A stretch of DNA of 64,000 nt from an uncultured bacterium (lineage in GTDB: Bacteria > UBA8481). Positions 44,312-53,359 of this stretch are shown here, piece after piece; the first letter of the stretch is position 1, and every line of letters starts with the position of its first letter. The stretch spans positions 1 through 64,000 of the forward strand of contig CAZCME010000014.1 in the NCBI GenBank assembly GCA_964499705.1, given 5' to 3'. The notes beneath the pieces were generated by a model. The model was not told where the DNA came from. It ran no database searches and saw only the letters and a program-made list of their open reading frames with translations. Position numbers and translations under genes: made by a program.

Positions 44312-46343
44312 CTAACCCAACTTCAACAGTTCGGAAGCTTGAATGACACTGGCGGGCAAATAGAGGCCGAGTAGACAAAAAGTCTGCACTACATTTCGGG
44401 ATTCGCTTTTGGGCTCCACGTAGGAGCGGCAAGTCGCCGCGGAACGCTGAGCCCGAGACGCTGCAACAGGGTTTGGAGCGGTTTTTCGGCGGTGCTGATG
44501 CAGGAGATCCGGATTTCGCGACCACCCTTGGTCGGCAGGATCACATCGGTAGCCTGAAGCGATCGTATCGCTTCAAGCAGCGTCTTCACGCTGGAACCGA
44601 GCCCGGCCCGCTCACTCCATTTTTGAATTGTCTTCCATGTCGCGTAAGCGAGGAACGCGACGAGGATATGCGCCTCGACGCGCCTCTGCTTTTTGTGCCA
44701 TATCGGGCGAAGGTCGAGGCAGGTCTTGATGGTTCGGAAGGAATCTTCCACGTCCGTCAGGCCGATGTAGGTCCGCCACAATTCCGTGGCGGACATCTCC
44801 GTCACGTTTGTGCGGAGCAGATAGCATCCTTCCGAAAGTTCCGCCCACTCATTTCGCTCCTTGCGGCGAGTCCACTCCAGTTTCAAGCCGCAAGGTTGAT
44901 CGGAATCTTCTTTCAAGTCGATGTCGAAAAATCCCGCTCCGCGAGAAGACTTCTGCAGGATGCGCCCGATCTGGCGACTGACTTCAAGCGCATCGGCTTT
45001 TTTCTTCCTTTTGACGAGCCGCCCCTGCAGTTTTGTCAGACTCTCTTCGATCCGTGTCACAAATCGCTCGTGCATCGCCTTTTCTTTTTCTTTTCGATCA
45101 CGGCTCCGGCACAGCACGAAGGTTTCCGTCTCATCCGGCCCCGCGCATTTCCGAACCTCGATGCCGTCGCGGATCGTCTCCCACTCTTTCGCCAACAGGT
45201 CCTTCTCGAATTTGCGAAGCATGGATTTCGGCGTGCCCACGATGTAGCGAGCCTCCCGCTTCTGAAGAAACTCGATGTTCTCTTCGCTGACCATTCCGCG
45301 ATCCATGACCCAGATGCGTCTCGCCTTGCCGTGGCGAGCTTCCATCGTTTTGACGATCTTCTCGACGGTGGTGGAGTCCGCGGTGTTTCCGGCGAATACC
45401 TCGTAGCCGAACGGCAGTCCGTCTTTCGTCGTCAGGAGAGCGATACAGACTTGCTTGCAGTCGAATCGCTGGTCGCGCGAATACCCCCGTTTCGCGAGCT
45501 CGTTTTCTTCGGCTTGTCCTTCGAAATAGGTGGAGGTGATGTCGTACAGAACGATCTCGTACTCCGCCGCGAACAATTCGCCGAGTCGATTCTTCAAATG
45601 TGTTTCAATGGCGGCCTTGTGCGGCAGAAGTTCATCGAGCGCCCGGTAGAGACGTTGAGGATAGATATGGTCCGACTCGAGTCCGAAGATATCGACAAGT
45701 GCAGTCCCGGGATACCAGGCTTCCGCGGTGTGCAACTCGCTTCCGGGTGAAATCACGCGACCCAGGACCATAATCGCGGCGACATGAGCCCATGGAATCT
45801 CTTCTCGCCCCTCGGGAATGATTTCCAGAAGCAGTTTTTCGAGACCGAGCGCTCGCCATGCGGAGAGTGCCAGCCAAATATCGCCAAAGGCGCGGACATT
45901 TTCCGTCCGAACACCATCGAGCCGAACTTCGACGGTTTCGGGAACGGGATCAAGCCTTGTCGATTCGTTCAGCAGAGATGCCTGTTGGAGGCAGCGCATC
46001 GCCGGGTCGGAGAGACGCGACTGAAATGCAGCCCATCCCTGGCGCTGCGACGGAGTCAGCTCACCAAGATACGCCACGCTTTTCTGGCGCGGTCCCTTCG
46101 CGGTTCGGATCGACTCCACAAGATCCCAATACGTGTGAGTCTTCCCGTCTTTGCACCGCTTCTTTTTTCGCAGGTACATGCGACTATCGTCGCACAGGCT
46201 ATTCGAGCTTCAAGAGGGTAAGTCTGCACTACATCGCGGAAAATATTCTACACCGCATCTGAGAGCGCCTTGCACGCCCAACTTTGACTTTCCACAGGCC
46301 GAAAACAGCTGAAATTAATCGCAAACTGTTGAAGCTGGGCTAG
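44312..46343 (-). mobile_element. IS1634-family insertion sequence
   Basis: Ends CTAACCCAACTTCAACAGTT (44312-31) and AACTGTTGAAGCTGGGCTAG (46324-43) are 18/20 inverted. The outer CTAA/CTAG may be target site rather than IR. Confidence 0.85.
44389..46179 (-). CDS. IS1634-family DDE transposase
   Basis: LYDITSTYFEG, GYSRD, VMDRGM, VEDSFRTIK..L..RPIWH; frame intact. Confidence 0.93.
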   Translation of the reverse strand: MYLRKKKRCKDGKTHTYWDLVESIRTAKGPRQKSVAYLGELTPSQRQGWAAFQSRLSDPAMRCLQQASLLNESTRLDPVPETVEVRLDGVRTENVRAFGDIWLALSAWRALGLEKLLLEIIPEGREEIPWAHVAAIMVLGRVISPGSELHTAEAWYPGTALVDIFGLESDHIYPQRLYRALDELLPHKAAIETHLKNRLGELFAAEYEIVLYDITSTYFEGQAEENELAKRGYSRDQRFDCKQVCIALLTTKDGLPFGYEVFAGNTADSTTVEKIVKTMEARHGKARRIWVMDRGMVSEENIEFLQKREARYIVGTPKSMLRKFEKDLLAKEWETIRDGIEVRKCAGPDETETFVLCRSRDRKEKEKAMHERFVTRIEESLTKLQGRLVKRKKKADALEVSRQIGRILQKSSRGAGFFDIDLKEDSDQPCGLKLEWTRRKERNEWAELSEGCYLLRTNVTEMSATELWRTYIGLTDVEDSFRTIKTCLDLRPIWHKKQRRVEAHILVAFLAYATWKTIQKWSERAGLGSSVKTLLEAIRSLQATDVILPTKGGREIRISCISTAEKPLQTLLQRLGLSVPRRLAAPTWSPKANPEM

Positions 46344-46478
46344 TAAGGCGGGTGAAGTCGGGATGAGGCGAACGCATGCAGATTCGGGGCATGTCACGTC
46401 GCCGGAGTCTCCGATGATATTAGGCTTGTCCCGGTCCTCGGCAAGTTTACGGACCGGCTGTTCCACAGAAGAAACGAA

Positions 46479-47942
46479 TTACACCAGCGATTTTACGGCG
46501 GCATCCAGCCGCTGCAATGCCCGCGTTCGGCCCGTGTAGAAGACCGTCTCGAACAGGCCCGGGGAAAACGCGCGGCCGGTGACGGCGACGCGGAGCGGGT
46601 GCATCACCTTCGGAGGCTTGATGCCTTCCGCTTCCGCGCGCGTGCGGATTTCGTGCTCGAGCGCCTCGATCGACCACGGCGTCGCGGCTGTGATGGACTC
46701 GCGGCCGATCTCCAGGCGCCGGACCAGCGCCTCGCCCTTGAAATTCTTCGCGGCGGCGGCTTCGTCGATCGTGATCTCTTCCGCCAGGAAGAAGCGGATC
46801 TGCTCGATGCAGTCCGGCAGCACCGCGGCGCGATCCCGGCCATACTGAAGAACAGCCTTCAGCCATTCCTCCAGCGGCAGCTCGATTCCCCAGGACGAAA
46901 GCTTCTCCTGTGTGAGGGCGAAGGCGGCCAGTTCGTCCCGGAGCAGGGGTAGCAGTCGCTCGACAGGCGATTCGGTGATGTACTTGCCGTTCATCCATGT
47001 GAGCTTCACCTGGTCGAAGACGGCTCCGCGCTTGTTGACGCGGCCCAGGTCGAAGAGCGCGGCGATCTCGTCGAGCGACAAGATTTCCCGATCGTCTCCC
47101 GGCGACCACCCAAGAAGCGCCAGGTAGTTGATGAGCGCCTCGGGCAGGAACCCTTGCTCACGGTACTCGCGCACCGAGACGGCGCCGTGGCGCTTGGAAA
47201 GCTTTCCGCCGTCGGGCGATAGGATGACGGGAAGATGCGCGAAGATCGGCGCCGGCCATCCGAACGCCTCGTAGAGGCGCACGTGCTTCGGGGTCGAAGG
47301 GATCCATTCTTCGCCGCGCATGACGTGCGTCACCTGCATCCCGCGATCGTCGACGACATTGGCCAGGTGGTAGGTCGGATAGCCGTCGGTCTTCTGAATG
47401 ACAAAGTCGTCCTGTTGCACGTTGGGATACTCGATGTATCCGCGAATCGCATCCTCGAACGTCGTCGAACCTTCGGTCGGCATCTTGAATCGCAGCACGC
47501 ATGGCTCGCCCGACGCGGCCCGGCGCTCGGCCTCGGCGGGCTCGATCCCCAGGCAGTGCCGATCATAGCCGGTCTGGTCGGCGCCCTGGTCCTTGCGGAG
47601 CAAATCGAGCCGCTCGGTCGTGCAGAAGCACCGATACGCCTTTCCCTCCGCGAGAAGTCGTGCCGCATGCTCGGCGTAGAGCGCGTTCCGCTCGGACTGC
47701 ACGTACGGCCCGTTCGGGCCGCCGACTTCCGGCCCCTCGTCCCACTCGAGCCCCAGCCAGCGGAGGCTCGTAAGAATATCCCGCATCGCATCCTCGCGGT
47801 AGCGCGCGCGATCCGTGTCCTCGATGCGCAGGAGAAACTTCCCGCCGCTTCGGCGCGCCCACGCCCAGCTGTACAATGCGGTACGGGCGCCGCCGACATG
47901 GAGAAAACCGGTGGGTGAAGGAGCGAAGCGGGTGACGATCAT
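46479..47942 (-). CDS. gltX: Glutamate--tRNA ligase
   Basis: RFAPSPTGFLHVGG, RIEDTD, KLSKR; start ATG 47942 (ATGA overlap). Confidence 0.96.
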   Translation of the reverse strand: MIVTRFAPSPTGFLHVGGARTALYSWAWARRSGGKFLLRIEDTDRARYREDAMRDILTSLRWLGLEWDEGPEVGGPNGPYVQSERNALYAEHAARLLAEGKAYRCFCTTERLDLLRKDQGADQTGYDRHCLGIEPAEAERRAASGEPCVLRFKMPTEGSTTFEDAIRGYIEYPNVQQDDFVIQKTDGYPTYHLANVVDDRGMQVTHVMRGEEWIPSTPKHVRLYEAFGWPAPIFAHLPVILSPDGGKLSKRHGAVSVREYREQGFLPEALINYLALLGWSPGDDREILSLDEIAALFDLGRVNKRGAVFDQVKLTWMNGKYITESPVERLLPLLRDELAAFALTQEKLSSWGIELPLEEWLKAVLQYGRDRAAVLPDCIEQIRFFLAEEITIDEAAAAKNFKGEALVRRLEIGRESITAATPWSIEALEHEIRTRAEAEGIKPPKVMHPLRVAVTGRAFSPGLFETVFYTGRTRALQRLDAAVKSLV

Positions 47943-48913
47943 GCTTCCGCTTCGAGGAAGACTCCCATCGCGCGGAATTTCGCGTGGCGTTTTTCCAGGA
48001 GGGCTTCGATCGGCTCGCGGGAAAGTTCCGCAAGCGCCGCGTCCAGGGCATCGCCGAGCCTGTGCGCGGCGTCGTCCCAGTCGCGGTGCGCGCCGCCGGG
48101 CGGCTCCTCCACGATGCCGTCGATCACGCCGAATCCCGCGGCGTCCCTGGCCGTCACCCGCATCGCGGCGGCGGCTTCTGGAGCGCGGGCGGCATCGCGG
48201 AAGAGAATCGACGCGCAGCCCTCCGGAGAAATCACGGAATAGATGGCATTCTCCATCATGAGCACGCGGTCGGATACTCCGAGCGCCAGCGCGCCGCCGG
48301 ATCCGCCCTCTCCCACGACAACGGCGATCGTCGGAACACGCAGGTTGATGAATCGCTCGATGCTCTCCGCGATCGCCCACGCCTGTCCTCGTTCCTCCGC
48401 GCCGATGCCGGGGAAGGCACCGGGCGTATCGATGAACGTCACGACGGGACGGGAAAATCGCTCCGCGAAGGCGGTCATGCGCATCGCCTTGCGATAGCCT
48501 TCGGGATGCGCCATGCCGAAGTTATGCTTCACGCGCTCATGGGCGTCGTGGCCCTTCAGCTGGGCCATCAGGAGAATTTCCCGGCCCCGGAAATGAGCGA
48601 GGGATGCGCGGATCGCGGAATCCTCCGCGAAGAGCCGGTCGCCGTGGAACGAGAAGATATTCTCGAAGATACGTGTCGTCAAATCCCAGGCGCCCGGACG
48701 CATCGGATGGCGCGCGAGCTGGGCTCTCTGCCAGGGCGAAAGGCGCGCGGCCAGCTCCCGCTGGGCCGCGTCCAGCTTCTGCTCGACGTCCTGGATCTCC
48801 CCCATCAGGGATTCAACGCCGCCCTCGTGAGCCGAAGCCCGGAGGGCCGCTATCCGTTCCTCGAGCTCGAGAATCGGGCGCTCGAAGTCGAGATATTTAT
48901 CCTTGTCCGCCAT
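47939..48913 (-). CDS. accA: Acetyl-CoA carboxylase carboxyltransferase alpha
   Basis: LDFERPI, PEGYRKA, DTPGAFPGIGAEERGQ, GEGGSGGAL. Confidence 0.96.
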   Translation of the reverse strand: MADKDKYLDFERPILELEERIAALRASAHEGGVESLMGEIQDVEQKLDAAQRELAARLSPWQRAQLARHPMRPGAWDLTTRIFENIFSFHGDRLFAEDSAIRASLAHFRGREILLMAQLKGHDAHERVKHNFGMAHPEGYRKAMRMTAFAERFSRPVVTFIDTPGAFPGIGAEERGQAWAIAESIERFINLRVPTIAVVVGEGGSGGALALGVSDRVLMMENAIYSVISPEGCASILFRDAARAPEAAAAMRVTARDAAGFGVIDGIVEEPPGGAHRDWDDAAHRLGDALDAALAELSREPIEALLEKRHAKFRAMGVFLEAEA

Positions 48914-48916
48914 GCT

Positions 48917-51154
48917 CTAGAATGAGAGGCGAGCGTATCCGACGTTGCCGTTCTGGTCTATCGCCTTGAAGATGATGGCGCGCGCCGTCGCGCCGTCGGA
49001 ACTCGCGGGTGAAGTCGGACGGACGACATGGAAGATTTCCTCGGACTGGTCGGCAATGCCGTCATCCGGAGACAAACGCTGCCAGACTCCGTCCTCGTCG
49101 TAGTACCAGATCGATTCGATCCGGCCCGTCGCATCCGTGGCTGATCCTGCCAGCTCCACCTTGCCGTCCGAAAGGAAATCCTTCACCTCCACCTTCACAA
49201 CCGGCGGCGTGTTGTCGACCGTGAAAATATCCGACGTCTGCGTCGCGGTTCGCTCGTTGCCGGCGTCGTTGTCCTTCTCGTCCGTCACGGTCACGACGGC
49301 GCTGTATCGGCCATCGGGAAAGTTATTCGTGTTCAGCAGGTATCCGTCGCCCTCGAATTCCTCCTCGATGAGAAGTCTTCGGGATGTTGCTTCGTCGATC
49401 ACCTCGATCCGGGCGGCCAGCTTGTCCAGATCGGGATCCTCCGCCATCCAGATCACGTGCACGAGCCCCGCGAAAGGTTGGAGCAGTTCCTCCATCGTGA
49501 ATTCCGTGAATCCCCTGGCGGCCTGCTGGGACGCGTTCTTCGCGGCCTGCGCGAAGGAATTGACGACCTGGCCGAGCGGACCTGAGCGGGAGAGGCGCGA
49601 CAGATTGCGTTGCTCGAAGGAGACAGGCTTCACGGATACGGATGAGACGCGCGGCGCGCGATTGGTCACCTGGTATGTGATGGAGAGTTCGCGCATGTAG
49701 TCGTTGTCCGATTCTCCGGAATGTCTCACTTCGAACTGCAGGTAGCGCGCGAGGGGACTTTCGATCCTCATCCCCGGCTCCTTGATCGGCAGGCTCCACG
49801 CCGACCACGTGTTGTTCGGCGTCTCCGCGTTGCCGCTTCTCGTTCTCACTTCCCATGGCCCCTTCGACTCGAAGGTCACGACTCCCCAGTCGCCCTGCGT
49901 CTTCGCGTCCAGCGCGTCCGACCTGAGGAATCCGCCGCGCTCCACGCGCCTGTATTCATGCAGCATCGCCGGCTTGCCGGTGCCGACGAAGCGATCGGTC
50001 AGGGAGAGCAGAAGCTTTTCATCGAGCGCGAGCATCAGCGAACTTTGCAACGGGCCGTCGATCCGGAAGACCTGTCCCATGTCGGAGTTGGCGACGAGGA
50101 GCCCGTGCCTGTTGAAGTTCATGGCGCGGATCGCGGTCCGCGCACGGACCCACTCCTCAACATGGCCTGACGCATCGATGCGGAAGATGGTGTTGCCGCC
50201 CTCGGGCTGAGGACGAGCCTGCGGACGCTCGGGCGGCGCTTCCTCCCCTTCTTCTTCTTCGCCTTCGCTCGGTGCGATCTCCGTGCGGGCCGGGCGCCTG
50301 CCGGACTGCGCCAATCCCATGAAGTAGACGTAGCCGTCCGGGCTCAAGGCAACATCGACGATCTCGTTCTGCGGCGGATCGTAGGCGATGGAGACGCGGG
50401 GCGAACGAGCTGTCAGCGCATCGACGGCCAGCAGGACGCCCTGCTGCCCCTGGGTTCCCGCGTAGATCCTGTTGCCCGATCGGGCCATGGAGAGAATATG
50501 CGGATCGTCCGCGCGGTAGATGAGCTCCATCTCGCCGCCGCTCGACGAAAAATTGCGCCGGCGGAAGATGCCGCCGCCGACGCCGGTCCTGCCGCTGCCC
50601 GTCACCAGCCACAGGTCGTCTTCGACCGGCAGGACGCGCCAGATATACGAATCGGAGATCGTCTCCGACCAGACGACCTGCAGAGCGGTCTCCGTGGGTT
50701 CGAGAATCAGGAGCGTCCCGACGGGAGAGACGCCGGCCGCGAGCTTGCCGTCGGGCAGGAGCGCGAGCGTGTACACTTCAAGCCCGTCGCCTTCCCACGC
50801 GACCTCGACGCCGGATTCCACACCGCCCTCCGCATTCTTGCGCGCGTACAGGATCTTCGCTCCGTCGCCCACGCCCATGTAGACGCGGTCGGCGGTCTCC
50901 ACGATCGACCAGACATAATCCGCGGGCACGGGGATGGATGAGGAGACGAGACCGTCCTTGATGCGGCCTTCCTGCGTGACTTCGAACCCGGAGATCTTGA
51001 ATTTCGCGAAGGCGGCGCGATCGGAGAATTCCCACCTCCCTGCCCGGACGGCGCCGGCGGGATTGGATGCGGCCAGCAGAAACAGCACGCCGGCGGCGGC
51101 GAGGACAAGCCTGTTGACGATATTAATCTTATGAATCCGGCCGTTATTCTTCAT
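48917..51154 (-). CDS. Secreted beta-propeller + Ig/FN3-like protein downstream of the S55 peptidase
   Basis: Signal peptide, propeller-like repeats, TRSGN..P...WSAWS, ARYLQF, VDNTPP. Confidence 0.7.
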   Translation of the reverse strand: MKNNGRIHKINIVNRLVLAAAGVLFLLAASNPAGAVRAGRWEFSDRAAFAKFKISGFEVTQEGRIKDGLVSSSIPVPADYVWSIVETADRVYMGVGDGAKILYARKNAEGGVESGVEVAWEGDGLEVYTLALLPDGKLAAGVSPVGTLLILEPTETALQVVWSETISDSYIWRVLPVEDDLWLVTGSGRTGVGGGIFRRRNFSSSGGEMELIYRADDPHILSMARSGNRIYAGTQGQQGVLLAVDALTARSPRVSIAYDPPQNEIVDVALSPDGYVYFMGLAQSGRRPARTEIAPSEGEEEEGEEAPPERPQARPQPEGGNTIFRIDASGHVEEWVRARTAIRAMNFNRHGLLVANSDMGQVFRIDGPLQSSLMLALDEKLLLSLTDRFVGTGKPAMLHEYRRVERGGFLRSDALDAKTQGDWGVVTFESKGPWEVRTRSGNAETPNNTWSAWSLPIKEPGMRIESPLARYLQFEVRHSGESDNDYMRELSITYQVTNRAPRVSSVSVKPVSFEQRNLSRLSRSGPLGQVVNSFAQAAKNASQQAARGFTEFTMEELLQPFAGLVHVIWMAEDPDLDKLAARIEVIDEATSRRLLIEEEFEGDGYLLNTNNFPDGRYSAVVTVTDEKDNDAGNERTATQTSDIFTVDNTPPVVKVEVKDFLSDGKVELAGSATDATGRIESIWYYDEDGVWQRLSPDDGIADQSEEIFHVVRPTSPASSDGATARAIIFKAIDQNGNVGYARLSF

Positions 51155-51178
51155 CCTTCATACCTCGTCGTGTTCATG

Positions 51179-52831
51179 TCATTTCCTCCGAATCATGATC
51201 TGCGCATTGGCTCTTCCGAAAACGGTCGCGTCCATGGTCTCGGTCTGCGTGAAGCCGGTCGAAGCCCTGTCGAGCCCCGACTGGATCTTCCGCAGGGACG
51301 GCGGAAGCGCCGGGAGAATTCCGCCCTCCACCTCGAGATTCCGGCCGCCGTCGCCCAACCCGTACAGCACGAGCATGTTGCTCGGCTCGTACGATTCCAG
51401 GCGGTCCAGCAGGAGGTCCATGTTGACGGGTTCCGGGAGATCGGTGCGGCCCAGGCCGCGTCCGCCTCCGGCAGTGAGCGTCAGCAGCCCTTCCGGAAAG
51501 CCGGCGGGAACTGCGACCATCACGCGATGGATCCAGCGTCCCGCGTCATACGAGCGGAAGACCAGGTCCACGGGGACGATCTCCCCGGGTTCCGCGGCGG
51601 CGACGAGCGGTTTCATGCTGACGATCTCGTGCGATCGGCGGTCGTCGTTGAACGAGATATGGATGGCGACACTGTCGGGATGAATGCGCATGAAGGGATT
51701 GTCGTACAGGATTCTCAAGGGGACCGTTGGCATCATGTCGAGGATCGAACGCTCCACGACGCCCTTGTCCTTCAGGGTGACTTCGCGCCCGCCCACGACG
51801 AGCGAAACGGAAACCTCCGCGCCCGCCGGCCCCGCGGTGTAGGCTCCGGCTTCCGCCGCGGACGCCCAGGCGATGTCGAAGAGCACGTTCGTGATGGCGT
51901 CATCGCGACAGATCCGGAAGGAATAGCGGTTCGATCCCCACGGCGCGTCGATCGCGACGCTCATCGGAATCATCGCCGGGGCTTCGCCGAGGCTGCCGGA
52001 GATCCCGGGCTGCGCGTCGCGGAGAATCGCTCCGACGTCCTCCGATGCGGAACCCATCTTGAAGGAAATGTCCGCGGCGGGAAGAATCGTTTCGATGCGC
52101 GCGCCCGTCATCGGCATCCGCGAAAGGCCGCGGTTGAGGAACGGATGGCCGAAGGCGATGACGCCTGAATCGCGGACGTACGTGACGGTGCCGATGGCGG
52201 TAAGGGAGAGATCGCCGTCGACGAGCCGGACTCCGATCGCGGAACCGGGTTGCAGGCGGGCGCGGCCCGATGCGCGGCCGCCGGCGGCGGCCAGGTAGCC
52301 GAGCGATTCGACGCGGCGCCACGCTTCGCCCTTCCGGTCGGGCGAAAGACCGGCGACGGAAAGGGGAGCGGCGAGCGACCGCATGCCCCGGGGCGGATGA
52401 TCGGCCATCGGCATGCGGGTATCGGCGGCCTGCTCGGCGAGGAGCCGGACCATCAGCTTGATCGGCGTCACGCCCGCGATCGGATCCTTGGCGAACTGCC
52501 AGCCGTAGGCGAGCGCGCCGAGCAGCTTGCCGCGGAAATAGATCGGGGATCCGCTCATGCCCTGGATGATGCCGGACTTGTCGAACGGCTCGCCCACGAG
52601 CCGGATGAGGATCATGTCCTGGGTCACCATGGCGTTTTCGAGCCGTCCCACGAACGTGACGGGAAAGCGGATTACGGAGTCGCCGTACAGGACGGTAAGC
52701 CCGTAACCTGTTTCGCCGGGGACAAGAACGGAGGCGTCGATGAAATCGAGATCCTCGTCCGACGCGCGGGCGGAGGCTGAAAAGATGAAGAGGACGATAC
52801 AAGAGAGCGCGATCACACGCGATGCAAGCAT
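51179..52831 (-). CDS. SpoIVB-like peptidase (S55 domain)
   Basis: GIIQGMSGSPIY, AGVTPI, AFGHPF; signal peptide from ATG 52831 (alternative start 52888). Confidence 0.88.
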   Translation of the reverse strand: MLASRVIALSCIVLFIFSASARASDEDLDFIDASVLVPGETGYGLTVLYGDSVIRFPVTFVGRLENAMVTQDMILIRLVGEPFDKSGIIQGMSGSPIYFRGKLLGALAYGWQFAKDPIAGVTPIKLMVRLLAEQAADTRMPMADHPPRGMRSLAAPLSVAGLSPDRKGEAWRRVESLGYLAAAGGRASGRARLQPGSAIGVRLVDGDLSLTAIGTVTYVRDSGVIAFGHPFLNRGLSRMPMTGARIETILPAADISFKMGSASEDVGAILRDAQPGISGSLGEAPAMIPMSVAIDAPWGSNRYSFRICRDDAITNVLFDIAWASAAEAGAYTAGPAGAEVSVSLVVGGREVTLKDKGVVERSILDMMPTVPLRILYDNPFMRIHPDSVAIHISFNDDRRSHEIVSMKPLVAAAEPGEIVPVDLVFRSYDAGRWIHRVMVAVPAGFPEGLLTLTAGGGRGLGRTDLPEPVNMDLLLDRLESYEPSNMLVLYGLGDGGRNLEVEGGILPALPPSLRKIQSGLDRASTGFTQTETMDATVFGRANAQIMIRRK

Positions 52832-52914
52832 AAGGCTCCTGACATAAAAAAAGCGGCAGTCCTTGTTCCGCGTTTCATCGCAGAACAAGGCCGCCGCTTA
52901 TCGTAACAATCACT

Positions 52915-52989
52915 CGGGACTTTCGCAAGGAAAGCCCGGCCTGCGGACGCCGAAATCCCGGTCGAAACCGGGGAGTCGGCCCGCAGGTC
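52915..52989 (-). terminator. Structured 3' region of the histone-fold gene (long UUCG-capped stem plus second hairpin)
   Basis: GGCCTGCGG/CCGCAGGTC, GCCGA/TCGGC and CCCGGT-CGAA-ACCGGG nested pairs; CGGGACTTTC-GCAA-GGAAAGCCCG adjacent. Confidence 0.55.
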
Positions 52990-52991
52990 GA

Positions 52992-53195
52992 CTAAATATC
53001 CTGCGGTCTGATCGTCTGACGACCGTTGCCCTTCGCGCGACCGATTGCCGCGTTGATGAGACCGACGGCCGCAGCGTTTGCTGCGTCGACGAAGTCACCT
53101 GAAACGCGAACTCCGGCGCTACGCGCGATGTCCTTGATGCGGGACGCGAGGACCACCTGCACCGCAGGCTTACCTCCCTTTTTCGCTTTTGCCAT
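52992..53195 (-). CDS. Bacterial histone-fold protein (67 aa) with short Lys-rich N-terminal tail
   Basis: GGAGGTG RBS 9 nt before ATG. VLASRIKDIARSAGVRVSGDFVDA...AIGRAKGNGRQTIRPQDI fits the three-helix histone fold with L1 RVS and L2 R-x-T-I-x-x-x-D. Confidence 0.85.
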   Translation of the reverse strand: MAKAKKGGKPAVQVVLASRIKDIARSAGVRVSGDFVDAANAAAVGLINAAIGRAKGNGRQTIRPQDI

Positions 53196-53303
53196 TCTTC
53201 CACTCACCTCCCGTTGTCCAATTTAATTCCCAGAAGTACCGCTTCCCCCGCCGTCGTCGAATGACGCGGCGGGAACGCTCTGAAAATCACGGAAACAGGC
53301 CGG

Positions 53304-53332
53304 AAGCTACCGTAATAGCGCGTACGCGTCAA
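53304..53332 (-). promoter_or_regulatory. Putative sigma70 promoter of the histone-fold gene
   Basis: TTGACG (53327-32)-N17-TAGCTT (53304-09). Confidence 0.55.
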
Positions 53333-53359
53333 TCATTTATTCTCGATTTTTTTCCACCG

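Noticed and set aside
44121-44525. Extension of the cyclase ORF into the IS
   Set aside because: It crosses the IS end and transposase stop; the signal peptide begins at 44120.
44275-46370. IS inserted in a pre-existing hairpin (four complementary 5-mers across the flanks)
   Set aside because: Needs several one-sided bulges and could be chance in GC-rich DNA.
46344-46478. tRNA downstream of gltX as an island attachment site
   Set aside because: No cloverleaf or T-loop consensus visible.
52915-52989. c-di-GMP riboswitch interpretation of the hairpins
   Set aside because: Tetraloop hairpins are present, but the class I consensus order and motifs were not recognisable.
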